Positions 50,315-59,900 of a stretch of DNA of 64,000 nucleotides are shown in pieces (positions within the stretch are counted from its first letter, which is position 1; the number at the start of each line of letters is the position of its first letter). The stretch covers positions 20,895-84,894 of the forward strand of contig JAOAUK010000005.1 of NCBI GenBank assembly GCA_030157655.1, in the 5' to 3' direction. The notes beneath the pieces were generated by a model, which was not told the origin of the DNA, did no database searches, and saw only the letters and a list, made by a program, of their open reading frames with translations. Origin of the DNA: Polynucleobacter sp. (GTDB lineage Bacteria; Pseudomonadota; Gammaproteobacteria; Burkholderiales; Burkholderiaceae). The position numbers and the translations under genes were made by a program.

Positions 50315-52234
50315 ATGGCTTTAATTGTTCTAAATGATGCAAAACTGGCTTTTGGCCACGTTGACCTACTAGCAAACACCAATTTTTCACTGGAACCCGG
50401 TGAAAGAGTGGGTTTGATTGGGCGTAATGGCACCGGTAAATCATCTCTATTAAAAATTTTAGCGGGTTTAGAAAAACTCGACGACGGAACCTTGCAATAT
50501 CAACAGGGTTTGCGCATGGCCTATGTGGCGCAAGAACCTATTTTTGATCCCGAGGAAACGGTATTTCATGCTGTTTCTGAAGGAGTAGCTGTTGTAAAGG
50601 CGCTGCGTGAGGAGTATGAAGAGTTGAGCGTTGCTGAGTGGAATGATGATTCTCATCATCGTTTGGATCAGATTCAATCTCAATTAGAAGCCATGAGTGG
50701 CTGGAATTGGGAGCAACGCGTTCACGAGACCTTAAATCGACTCCACTTAGATCCAGATATCAAAATCGGTTCTTTATCAGGCGGCAATCGCAAGCGTGTG
50801 GCCTTGGCGCAAGCGCTGGTGGCAGTGCCAGATGTATTGTTTTTAGATGAGCCTACCAACCATTTGGATTTGGATTCCATCACATGGTTGGAAGAGTTGC
50901 TCAAAGCTTTTAAAGGTTCTGTGGTTTTAATTACTCACGATAGAGCATTCTTAGATGCGGTGAGTACGCAAATCGTTGAGTTAGATCGAGGTATCTTAAG
51001 AACTTACCCGGGCAACTTCACTGCCTATGAGTTGCTCAAAGAGCAAGAGTTGGCTTCAGAAGCTTTGGCCAATGCTCGTGCCGATAAATTATTAGCTCAA
51101 GAAGAGGTTTGGATCCGAAAAGGGGTTGAAGCCAGAAGAACTCGCAGTGTGAGTCGTATAGCTCGCTTGGAAAAACTTCGTGAGATGCGTGCTGAGCGAA
51201 GAAACGCGATGGGGCAAATCAAGCTATCGGTGGCCTCAGGTAATCGCAGTGGCAAGATTGTGGCTGATCTTGAAAACGTCAGTAAAGCTTATGACAGACC
51301 AATTGTTAAAGACTTTACTGCCACGATCTTGCGTGGCGATAAAGTCGGGCTATTGGGCCCTAATGGTGCCGGTAAAACTACTTTGTTGAAGCTGATCTTA
51401 GGCGTCATTACTCCTGATGCTGGTACAGCTACGATGGGTTCTCAAATTGATGTGGCTTACTTTGATCAAATGCGTGAGGGGTTAGACCTAAATGCCACCC
51501 TGGAGGACTACATCAGCCCTGGTAGTGAATGGATTGAGATTAATGGCAATCGCAAGCATGTCAAAAGTTACTTAAATGACTTCTTATTTGCTCCTGAGCG
51601 TGCTGGTTCGCCTGTAAGCACTTTGTCTGGCGGTGAGCGTAACCGTTTGTTGTTAGCCAGATTGTTTGCAAGACCTGCCAATGTCTTGGTGCTGGATGAG
51701 CCAACCAACGATTTGGATATTGATACCTTAGAGTTGCTGGAGCAATTGCTTCAAGATTACAAAGGCACTGTTTTCTTGGTCAGTCACGACAGAGCATTCT
51801 TAGATAACGTCGTTACTAGCATCATTGCTTATGAAGGTGATGGCTTTTGGCGTGAGTATGAGGGTGGTTACGAAGATTGGAAAATTCAGAAAAAACGTAG
51901 CGAAGAATATAAAACTCAATCTAACGTTGTAGAACCATCTAAGGTTATAAAAGCGGAAGTTGCAGAAACTCAAAAGCAAGCGCCCAAGCCGCCAAAATCA
52001 AATGTGCAGAAACTCAACAGTAAAGAGCGTCAAGAGCTAGAGAACATTCCTGGCCAAATTGATGTCTTGGAAAAAGAGCAAGCCGGTATTGGTGAAAAAT
52101 TAGGTGACGCTGAGTTATATAAAAACCAGCCTGAGCAAGTGAACGTTTTACAAAACCGCCTCAAAGACATTGAAGAAGATTTGATGACCCTGATGGCTCG
52201 CTGGGAAGACTTACTAAAACGTTCTGAAGCTTAA
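50315..52234 (+). CDS. uup: ABC-F family ATPase Uup
   Basis: Two NBDs (GRNGTGKS, GPNGAGKT), EEVWIRKGVEARRTR linker, C-terminal coiled coil. Confidence 0.92.
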   Translation: MALIVLNDAKLAFGHVDLLANTNFSLEPGERVGLIGRNGTGKSSLLKILAGLEKLDDGTLQYQQGLRMAYVAQEPIFDPEETVFHAVSEGVAVVKALREEYEELSVAEWNDDSHHRLDQIQSQLEAMSGWNWEQRVHETLNRLHLDPDIKIGSLSGGNRKRVALAQALVAVPDVLFLDEPTNHLDLDSITWLEELLKAFKGSVVLITHDRAFLDAVSTQIVELDRGILRTYPGNFTAYELLKEQELASEALANARADKLLAQEEVWIRKGVEARRTRSVSRIARLEKLREMRAERRNAMGQIKLSVASGNRSGKIVADLENVSKAYDRPIVKDFTATILRGDKVGLLGPNGAGKTTLLKLILGVITPDAGTATMGSQIDVAYFDQMREGLDLNATLEDYISPGSEWIEINGNRKHVKSYLNDFLFAPERAGSPVSTLSGGERNRLLLARLFARPANVLVLDEPTNDLDIDTLELLEQLLQDYKGTVFLVSHDRAFLDNVVTSIIAYEGDGFWREYEGGYEDWKIQKKRSEEYKTQSNVVEPSKVIKAEVAETQKQAPKPPKSNVQKLNSKERQELENIPGQIDVLEKEQAGIGEKLGDAELYKNQPEQVNVLQNRLKDIEEDLMTLMARWEDLLKRSEA

Positions 52235-53682
52235 CGGTTGACCCAGTAAATGGCGCTGGCAATTAAAGCGCTAGTGGCCATCAACCAATTCGCGAGGCTT
52301 AATCTGTTTCTGGCATTTTTCTGACCAAAGTCATATTGAAACTTTTCGGAATCAATATGACCTAGGCCTACACCTAAATCAGCTAAAGCATTTTCAACGC
52401 TATCAATCATGACGGCAGGGCCACACACCAAGTACTGAGCAGCATTCATTTGTATTCCAGAAGACTTTAGGATTTTCTCTAGTGAGGTTTTATCTAGTAC
52501 ACCAGTTAACCCATGCCAAGTTGTATCTGGTTCTGTGATGACGTTGATTAATTCAAGGTGCTTGAAGGCACTCAAATTCACCATCTGAGCTATATCCACG
52601 ATTTGTTCTGTGATGCGATTGCCGTAAATCAACACAATCTTTTTTTGAAGGATTGTTGCTTGATCGCTCTGAGCCATTTTTCTTAGCAAGCTAACAATGG
52701 GTGCAATACCAACACCACCAGCAATTAATACAATTTCATCAGAATTGCTAGAAACAACCTTATGCCCAAAGTTGCCATAGGGTGCATCTACATAGATTTT
52801 ATCGCCTGCTTTTAATTCAGTGACTTGGTGGGTAAAGTCGCCAACATCTTTGATTAAAAATGTCATCTGTGATGACTGACCATCAGAACATGAGGCAATC
52901 GAAAAAGGATTCTCATAGAGAGGTGCAGAGTTACCCATCTTTAGCCATGCGAATTGACCAGCTTTATATGATGCGGTTTTGTTATGGCTATTCTGAATCA
53001 CTAATTCCCAAATGCGGTGAGACGCCTCTTTAATCGATACGACTTGATAAGCGTTCATCGACTGAGTAAAAGGCTTTACAAGATAAACCCAAGCAACACT
53101 TAGCAAGGCAAGCCCTAAGGCTACTTGCCAGTAAAGATGCATGATGGGTTCTTGAGCGTATCTGCCAGCGTGAACTGTGTGATGAAAGCCTAGTAAAGCA
53201 ACGGCAACAGCCATGATGGCGTGTGCTGCACGCCAGGTTTCGTATTTGCCTTGAGATTTATTTCTGGTGATTGCCAAGCCAACCATAATGCCTAAAACAA
53301 TCAAGCCAACCAAGCCGCTAATAAAAGAGTTGGAGCTTAAGCCCAAATAGGTTTCATTGGCAGGTCCTGGTGAGTAATGAGGTCTACCTGGCAGGCTATA
53401 CATGAAGGGATGGGCAACTAATAGCAAAACAGCAGTTCTTGCAAATAGTTGATGAACTTGTAATACCCAATCGATGCCAAGTAATTTTGAAATGATCTTA
53501 ATTCTGCCAGTGCTCCAAAATTCTAAAAGAATGATGTTGAATGCCAGCATCCCTAAGTTACTTGAGACTTGATCCATCCATGGTCTATGAGGTAATCCCA
53601 ACTGAATGCTGATACCTATGGGGGCCAAAATAAGACCCAAATAAACAAACAGGCTGGTAAAGCTCAATAACGTTGGTTTCAT
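52231..53682 (-). CDS. Ferric reductase-like membrane protein with FAD/NAD-binding domains (likely start 53682)
   Basis: TM domain with His residues (YETWRAAH), AGQFAWL, NPFSIAS, GDFT, APYG, IAGGVGIAP, CGP..M. Confidence 0.85.
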   Translation of the reverse strand: MKPTLLSFTSLFVYLGLILAPIGISIQLGLPHRPWMDQVSSNLGMLAFNIILLEFWSTGRIKIISKLLGIDWVLQVHQLFARTAVLLLVAHPFMYSLPGRPHYSPGPANETYLGLSSNSFISGLVGLIVLGIMVGLAITRNKSQGKYETWRAAHAIMAVAVALLGFHHTVHAGRYAQEPIMHLYWQVALGLALLSVAWVYLVKPFTQSMNAYQVVSIKEASHRIWELVIQNSHNKTASYKAGQFAWLKMGNSAPLYENPFSIASCSDGQSSQMTFLIKDVGDFTHQVTELKAGDKIYVDAPYGNFGHKVVSSNSDEIVLIAGGVGIAPIVSLLRKMAQSDQATILQKKIVLIYGNRITEQIVDIAQMVNLSAFKHLELINVITEPDTTWHGLTGVLDKTSLEKILKSSGIQMNAAQYLVCGPAVMIDSVENALADLGVGLGHIDSEKFQYDFGQKNARNRLSLANWLMATSALIASAIYWVNR

Positions 53683-53747
53683 ATTCCCATTATGATTGGT
53701 AAGAGATCTAATTTGTATCACTTATGGCATTTATTTAACTAACGACA

Positions 53748-53761
53748 TTAATCTAAATCAA
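53748..53761. promoter_or_regulatory. FNR-type box (one mismatch)
   Basis: TTAAT-CTAA-ATCAA versus consensus TTGAT-N4-ATCAA in a divergent intergenic region. Confidence 0.45.
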
Positions 53762-53762
53762 C

Positions 53763-54731
53763 ATGCGCACATTCTTATCGGCACCTCCTGTATCGGCTTT
53801 TGCCATGGTGATGGGTTTGTCAGGCCTCTCCTTATCTTGGACTAAGTTTTCACATGCATCAAAGCTTGCTTACGCCCAAACCCTTTCACAAGCTTTTGGA
53901 TTCTTGGCAGCAACTGTTTTTATTGTGTTGATCTTAGGTTTGCTGCGTAAGTTAATTCAAAGTCCAGAGAAGTTGGCTGAAGAGTGGAATCACCCTGTTA
54001 AATCTTCTTTCTTTGGCGCAATCTCTGTAGGTATTTGTTTATTGGCAGCGGTTACCTACCCATACTCAGAGCAACTGGCGGAAATTATTTGGATTGTTGG
54101 AGCAACATTTCATCTGCTAGCCATGTTGGCTGTTCTTAATGCCTGGGTTCATCGTGAGAACTTGCAAGCTGCCCATGCTTGCCCAGTTTGGTTTATTCCA
54201 GCAGTTGGTAATGTGGTGGTGCCTTTAGCAGGCGTGAAGTTGGGCTACGTAGAAGTTTCTTGGATGTTCTTTTCTGTTGGCCTCATCTTTTGGATCGTTC
54301 TTTTATCCTTGGTGATGTACCGTTTGATGTTTGTGCAGCCACCATTGCCTGATCGTTTGAAGCCCACCATTGCTATTTTCTTAGCGCCTCCCACGGTGGC
54401 ATTTTCTTCATGGCTAGCTTTAACAGGCTTGAGCCCTGATCAAGCATTAGATCCTTTTGGACATATCTTGATGGGTATTGCCTTTTTCTTTACTTTCTTC
54501 TTGATCACGCAATTTGGTCGCTTTGCCAAGTTGCCGTTCTTTATGTCGTGGTGGGCTTATTCATTCCCATCAGCAGCTTTAACTGTGGCCACTTTTAACT
54601 ATGCATTATTTGTGCCTGCTGCCATTTACATTGCATACATCTCTTTGTGTTTTACAACCATCTTGATTCTTGGATTATTCCTGAGAACCTTGATGGCTAT
54701 CCACGTGAAGGACCCTCACTGGGTGGATTAA
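53763..54731 (+). CDS. SLAC1/TehA-family anion channel
   Basis: FAMVMGLSGL, EWNHPV..FF, P.WFIPAVGN, SWWAYSFP. Confidence 0.9.
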   Translation: MRTFLSAPPVSAFAMVMGLSGLSLSWTKFSHASKLAYAQTLSQAFGFLAATVFIVLILGLLRKLIQSPEKLAEEWNHPVKSSFFGAISVGICLLAAVTYPYSEQLAEIIWIVGATFHLLAMLAVLNAWVHRENLQAAHACPVWFIPAVGNVVVPLAGVKLGYVEVSWMFFSVGLIFWIVLLSLVMYRLMFVQPPLPDRLKPTIAIFLAPPTVAFSSWLALTGLSPDQALDPFGHILMGIAFFFTFFLITQFGRFAKLPFFMSWWAYSFPSAALTVATFNYALFVPAAIYIAYISLCFTTILILGLFLRTLMAIHVKDPHWVD

Positions 54732-55188
54732 TACCTTCTTCGAGAAGTAGTTTCTTTTTAAGAGGAATGCCGCTACTAAATCCACCTAAAGTGCCATCGC
54801 TCTTGATCACTCTGTGACATGGAATAAAAACACAAATAGGATTGGCTCCAATCGCATTAGCTACGGCTCGCACACTTTGAGGTTTGCCAATCATCTTTGC
54901 TACATCCGCATAACTACACAAAGTGCCATAAGGTATCTGCTGTAATGCCCGCCACACAGCTTGCTGAAAATCAGTACCTTGTGGCGACAAAGTGAATGAC
55001 TTTGGATCTTGAATCAGATGTTTGCTAACAGCTTGGCTATTAGGCTCAATAACAACATCTTGTTTTGTTGTAAATTCAAAGCGATAAATCGTTGTACTCT
55101 GATATTCAAGCAATGCTATGCCCCAAGGTGTTTTGCAATAACCTTGATTGGCGACGTCTATCGTTGAATGAGTAGATTGTTTTTTCAC
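54697..55188 (-). CDS. ogt: Methylated-DNA--protein-cysteine methyltransferase (start uncertain)
   Basis: GTDFQQAVW, IPYG, RAVANA, IPCHRV active site. Confidence 0.92.
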   Translation of the reverse strand: MKKQSTHSTIDVANQGYCKTPWGIALLEYQSTTIYRFEFTTKQDVVIEPNSQAVSKHLIQDPKSFTLSPQGTDFQQAVWRALQQIPYGTLCSYADVAKMIGKPQSVRAVANAIGANPICVFIPCHRVIKSDGTLGGFSSGIPLKKKLLLEEGINPPSEGPSRG

Positions 55189-55245
55189 GCGTCTATCGTA
55201 GAGCAATGTAGCTTAATTGACCATATGATCAACATAGTTACTTGT

Positions 55246-55260
55246 TGAGAATTATTCTCA
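55246..55260. promoter_or_regulatory. Fur box
   Basis: Perfect 7-1-7 palindrome TGAGAAT-T-ATTCTCA upstream of a heme utilisation gene. Confidence 0.8.
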
Positions 55261-55350
55261 TGTAATATGTGAGCTGCATTTTTCACTCACTTAGCACAAG
55301 CCAGCCCATATCTCCTTAGCAAGCCAGTGCCTATTTTTATAGGAGGGCGT

Positions 55351-56472
55351 ATGTGCGGTACCGTTAATGACATTCGAAAAAGTTTTGCCTCATTAAGAAT
55401 TGATAAAAAAATGAGGCACCGTGAGATAGCCACTTTTCTGCAAATGACTGAAGCGGAGTTGGTTGATGCTCACGTGGGCGTATCAAAGTTAGATGCCATG
55501 CAGTCATCTCCAAATTTAGCCAGAGCAGTTAGGCTCAGAAAATCATGGCCAGAGTTAATCCAATTCATTGAAAAATTTGGTGAGGTAATGGCTTTAACTC
55601 GAAATGAGTATGGTGTTCACGAAAAAATTGGGGCATATCAAAACATCTCCATGCAAGGAGATATCGGTTTGGTCATGTCAGAAAATATTGATTTGAGGTT
55701 GTTTTACAAACATTGGGAGTTGGCATATATATTTGAGGAAGGTAAGAGCGATTCGCTACAAAGAAGTATTCAATTCTTTGATGAGTGTGGCCAAGCTGTA
55801 CACAAGGTATTTTTATTGCCAGATAGTTGCCATGAGGCCTTTGAGCAAATGATTGACTTGTGGGCTGACTCTAATCAAGACCCTGGTATTCAGGTTCAAG
55901 AATTATCTAAGCCACTAGTTCATGAATTAAAAGCACCTGAAAAATTTGATTTTGATTCATTCAACAATGATTGGGCTAACTTGGCTGATACCCATGACTT
56001 TTTCGGTTTATTAAAAAAATATCATTTAAACCGTTTGCAGGCCTTTGAGTTAATTGGCCAGCACTACGCAGAACCTTTATCCAGAGATATGGTGGGTGTT
56101 TTGTTGAATTCTGCTGCGCATTTAAATGTGCCAATCATGATATTTGTAGGTAATCGTGGCGCTATACAAATTCATACTGGTCAAATCAAGCGTGTACTTG
56201 ATGCCAAAGGTTGGTTAAATGTTCTAGATCAAGACTTTAATTTGCATTTGCGCTTAACGGATATTCATAAGGTCTGGTTGGTTCGTAAACCAACTAAAGA
56301 CGGTGTGGTTAGCTCTATGGAAATACTAGATGAGCAGGGTGATGTGATTGCTTTGATTTTTGGCAAAAGAAAGCCTGGGCAGCCTGAACTAGAGACTTGG
56401 CGCGATTTATTGGAAAGTTGTAAAGATGCCAAAGACCTGGAAGAGGCAGTGGTAGAGGAGATTAATAACTAA
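55351..56472 (+). CDS. hemS: HemS/HmuS/ChuS heme-binding/degrading protein (likely start 55351)
   Basis: VMALTRN..VHEK.G, DLRLF, SIQFFD..G.AVHK, DTHDFF, FVGNRG.IQIHTG, RKPT.DG; AGGAGG RBS. Confidence 0.9.
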   Translation: MCGTVNDIRKSFASLRIDKKMRHREIATFLQMTEAELVDAHVGVSKLDAMQSSPNLARAVRLRKSWPELIQFIEKFGEVMALTRNEYGVHEKIGAYQNISMQGDIGLVMSENIDLRLFYKHWELAYIFEEGKSDSLQRSIQFFDECGQAVHKVFLLPDSCHEAFEQMIDLWADSNQDPGIQVQELSKPLVHELKAPEKFDFDSFNNDWANLADTHDFFGLLKKYHLNRLQAFELIGQHYAEPLSRDMVGVLLNSAAHLNVPIMIFVGNRGAIQIHTGQIKRVLDAKGWLNVLDQDFNLHLRLTDIHKVWLVRKPTKDGVVSSMEILDEQGDVIALIFGKRKPGQPELETWRDLLESCKDAKDLEEAVVEEINN

Positions 56473-56526
56473 TTCGACATCAATTCGCTAAAGAGAATAA
56501 AATAGAACCACTGATATGCGTATATC

Positions 56527-56885
56527 GGGGCCGACATGGTTTCGACGTGGATTACAAAGCATTGAGGGCATACCGAGGACCCGTCATCTCGTAAAACAAT
56601 GGGAATGTAATAACTGCTAACGACGAACGTTACGCACTAGCAGCTTAATTGCTGCAGCCCCTGAACTGATTCTCTCTTGGGTCAGGTAGCGCAAGCTACA
56701 TCAGGGTCATTTACAAGAGATAAGGTTGCATAGTGTCGTGATGTGCAGCTCGAAAATTAAACGAATCGCCAGTTTGTAACGTGTTGGTCCGTGACAGGCT
56801 GGTTAAATCAAATGACACAACTAAGTATGTAGAACTCCATGTGGAGGATTTGCGGACGCGGGTTCGATCCCCGCCGGCTCCACCA
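56527..56885 (+). ncRNA. ssrA: tmRNA; tag ORF 56616-56648 encodes ANDERYALAA
   Basis: 5' GGGGCCGACATGGTTTCGAC, 3' GGTTCGATCCCCGCCGGCTCCACCA, internal tag reading frame. Confidence 0.97.
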
Positions 56886-56889
56886 ACTT

Positions 56890-56919
56890 AAAAGCCTCAT
56901 CCTAGGATGAGGCTTTTTT
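56890..56919. terminator. Terminator after ssrA
   Basis: AAAAGCCTCATCC-TA-GGATGAGGCTTTTTT. Confidence 0.85.
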
Positions 56920-56950
56920 CTTGATACTGCTTTTATATTTGTTGGCTTAT

Positions 56951-58168
56951 TTATGCAGCCCCTAAGCGCCATAAAGATGTCACCTCAGCAGCTCTGGCTC
57001 GGTATAAAGGATCTTGGGTATCGAGTGCTTTTGCATGAGTCGGTCTGACATCATTGCGACCCAACACCGATAAACCAGCTGCTTCTATCCATGCAAGAAG
57101 TTCTGCACGAGTACGAAGACCCAAGTGTTCTGCTAAGTCAGACAAAATTAACCAGCCTTCGCCATCAGGTAGCAAATGTGCTTTTAGGCCAGCTAAGAAT
57201 CCCTTGAGCATTTGACTGTCTGGGTCATACACCGCATATTCAATCGGTGAGCTAGGTCTTGCAGGAACCCATGGTGGGTTACAAACAATCAAAGCTGCTT
57301 GGCTATCTGGAAACAAATTGGTTTGAACTAACTTTACTTGTTTGCTAATACCTAAGCCTTCAATATTTTCAGCAGCACATTCAATGGCGCGCTCATCTTG
57401 GTCGGTGGCAATAATTTTTTGAACGCCACGCTTGGCTAAAACTGCTGCTAGTACACCTGTGCCGGTACCAATATCAAACGCCACTGATTGTTTGCTTAAT
57501 GACACAGGTAGGGGTGCTTTTTCTAATAAGCCAATGTACTCAGAGCGAACTGGTGCAAACACGCCATAGTGAGGGTGTATGCGACCGTCACCCAAATCTT
57601 TAATGGCATCTAATGCCATGCCATTCTTGCGCCACTCTAGAGAGCCAATAAATCCTAAAAGATCACGTAATGACATCACGTAGGGTTCTGTGACCTCGCC
57701 ATAGACGGCCAAGCAAGCTTGGCTAACATCTGGAGCTCTACGCAATGGAATGCTGTGGTCAGGATTCACTTGGATTAACAGCATGCCCAAGGTGCGACTT
57801 CTTTGCGATTGGGTTAAGCGGTGCTTGTGGAAAATCTCTGACATTGGTTTGGCTAGAGGGATTAAACCTTCTTGCTGTTTCTTGGCAGATTTTTGATTGC
57901 GAACACTTTTCTTAGATGGTTTGTCAGCTCTGCGAGACATCGCTTGCAATAACTGTTTGGCATTTTGATAATCACCACGCCAAATAATGCCTGTGCCTTC
58001 GCAGGCTACACGATAGGCTTCATCAGCAGTGAGGGTGTCATCAGCGATGATGAGTTTCTTCGGTGGGGGAGTCCCTTTTTCAGAGCGCCAACGGCACGCG
58101 AAGGTAACTTCGCCTTCTTCCCAGCTAATTGGTGGGTGAGCCGATTCGTGAAGAACTGTTTTATGCAT
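56951..58168 (-). CDS. Class I SAM-dependent methyltransferase (MTS-like, NPPW)
   Basis: HYGVF.P.R, DIGTGTG motif I, CNPPW motif IV; overlaps selU stop. Confidence 0.88.
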   Translation of the reverse strand: MHKTVLHESAHPPISWEEGEVTFACRWRSEKGTPPPKKLIIADDTLTADEAYRVACEGTGIIWRGDYQNAKQLLQAMSRRADKPSKKSVRNQKSAKKQQEGLIPLAKPMSEIFHKHRLTQSQRSRTLGMLLIQVNPDHSIPLRRAPDVSQACLAVYGEVTEPYVMSLRDLLGFIGSLEWRKNGMALDAIKDLGDGRIHPHYGVFAPVRSEYIGLLEKAPLPVSLSKQSVAFDIGTGTGVLAAVLAKRGVQKIIATDQDERAIECAAENIEGLGISKQVKLVQTNLFPDSQAALIVCNPPWVPARPSSPIEYAVYDPDSQMLKGFLAGLKAHLLPDGEGWLILSDLAEHLGLRTRAELLAWIEAAGLSVLGRNDVRPTHAKALDTQDPLYRARAAEVTSLWRLGAA

Positions 58169-59219
58169 GATGGTGCTCCATCAATATTTGCTTGGCTAAA
58201 ATTTCGATCCCTTTGGCAGATAAGTCTGCAGTGTTGTAATTGATGGCTTTTTCATAGCTCACGTAGTTTGAGTTTTGTGAACGGCGATAAAGTGCATCGT
58301 AGTGTTGTTCTAGGAGTTCTTGAACCAATAACGGCCATTGACCTTCCTTGGCCAATGTTTTCCAATGCCCAAGCTTCTCTTTGCTATGCAATTCTTTTAG
58401 AAAATCAATGGTACATATTAGATTATCAGGCTCTTTGATGAAGTAAGCGTAATCATGGATTAAATAATTAACGCGAGCATCCATCGTGGCGTTGATTTTG
58501 ATACAGGGGCTGCTACGCATTTGTTCTAACAAAAGGTCTGGTACGTGTAATGAGCCAATCTTGCGACTTTCTGCTTCTACATAGACCACTTTGTTTGTGT
58601 CAAAGCTTTCTAGTGCAAGCACGAGCTGTGTCTCAAACATCTTTTGACTAGGTTGTGGCGAATTAGGAATATTGCCAAGCACAGAGCCTTTGTGCACAGC
58701 GATGCTTTCTAAATCTAAAACTTGAGCGCCTAGATCTTTTAATTGCTCAAGAATGCGACTCTTAGCGCTACCAGTTTGGCCTGTAACCACCATGTATTGA
58801 AATTCTTTGGGTAGGCTATTTAGTTTGCTCACGACTTGCCTACGGTATGACTTATAACCACCATCTAAGATTTGAGCATTCCAGCCAATCTGTCTCAAGA
58901 TGTGAGTCATTGAGCCACTACGTTTGCCACCACGCCAACAGTAAATTAATGGATTCCAGTTCTTGGGCTTATTAATAAAATCATTTTCGATGTAATGAGC
59001 AATTCTTTTGGCAATGAGAGCGGCGCCTATCTTCTTGGCCTCAAAAGGTGACTCTTGTTTGTACATCGTACCTACCAAAATACGCTCTTCATTAGAAAGC
59101 ACCGGGTAGTTGATTGCCCCCGGGATGTGATCTTCTGCAAATTCATCGGGCGTACGAACATCAATCACCATGTCAAATTGATGGCAATCTGAGATATCAG
59201 CAGCAAGAGATGATTTCAT
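58161..59219 (-). CDS. selU: tRNA 2-selenouridine synthase
   Basis: Rhodanese IDVRTP.EF..DHIPGA, YCWRGGKRS; P-loop-like GQTGSAKS; H.GS..G, EAESRKIG. Confidence 0.94.
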   Translation of the reverse strand: MKSSLAADISDCHQFDMVIDVRTPDEFAEDHIPGAINYPVLSNEERILVGTMYKQESPFEAKKIGAALIAKRIAHYIENDFINKPKNWNPLIYCWRGGKRSGSMTHILRQIGWNAQILDGGYKSYRRQVVSKLNSLPKEFQYMVVTGQTGSAKSRILEQLKDLGAQVLDLESIAVHKGSVLGNIPNSPQPSQKMFETQLVLALESFDTNKVVYVEAESRKIGSLHVPDLLLEQMRSSPCIKINATMDARVNYLIHDYAYFIKEPDNLICTIDFLKELHSKEKLGHWKTLAKEGQWPLLVQELLEQHYDALYRRSQNSNYVSYEKAINYNTADLSAKGIEILAKQILMEHHHA

Positions 59220-59231
59220 AGAGATAACAGC

Positions 59232-59897
59232 TTAAGAGCCAAAGACAATGGCATGTAAATCTGATGGATGATCAATGATGTAGTCAGCGCCCCAGGCGCT
59301 CACTGGTTCATCGCAACCACAATAGCCATAGTTAGCTGCGACAGTTTTCATGCCAGCAGCTCGACCCGCTTCGATATCTCTTAAGTCATCACCCACGTAC
59401 AAGCACTCTGCAGGGTTGATGTTGCAGATTTCTGCCGCTTTCAAAATCGGAGCAGGGTGGGGTTTTGAGTGAGGTGTTGTGTCACCGCCCACAATAGCTG
59501 CGCTGCGCTCATGTAGTTGCATGAGTTTTAAAAGCGGGTGGGTGAAGCGCTCAACTTTATTCGTAACAATGCCCCACAAGACCCGTTCTTTTTCTAAGGT
59601 GTGCAGCAATTCATTCATGCCTTCAAATAATTTGCTTTGCACGCAAATATTTTTTTCGTAATTACTTAAAAATTCGTCACGCAGCTCTTCAAACTGAGGG
59701 TGATTATTGTCATAGCCGAATGCACCCTGTATCAAACCGCGTGCGCCGGCAGAAGCCGTTGGCCTCAATACTTCGTATGGTAAAGGGGCTAGTCCTCTGA
59801 CAACCCGCAACAGATTAGCGGCAGCCACTAAGTCTGGTGCGGTATCTGCCAAGGTGCCATCTAAATCAAAAAATACACCTTTGTATAGTGAAGTCAT
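59232..59897 (-). CDS. gph: HAD-family phosphatase (phosphoglycolate phosphatase/MupP-like)
   Basis: FDLDGTL, VTNK, KPHPAP, YVGDD.RD; follows ubiG. Confidence 0.85.
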   Translation of the reverse strand: MTSLYKGVFFDLDGTLADTAPDLVAAANLLRVVRGLAPLPYEVLRPTASAGARGLIQGAFGYDNNHPQFEELRDEFLSNYEKNICVQSKLFEGMNELLHTLEKERVLWGIVTNKVERFTHPLLKLMQLHERSAAIVGGDTTPHSKPHPAPILKAAEICNINPAECLYVGDDLRDIEAGRAAGMKTVAANYGYCGCDEPVSAWGADYIIDHPSDLHAIVFGS

Positions 59898-59900
59898 AAA

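Noticed and set aside
42462-54731. Convergent 3' overlaps (42462-42476, 52231-52234, 54697-54731)
   Set aside because: Short tail-to-tail overlaps are common in compact genomes; no sign of frameshift or truncation
56860-56960. Genomic island integrated at the ssrA 3' end
   Set aside because: No integrase or duplicated att sequence seen; a terminator and housekeeping-type genes follow directly
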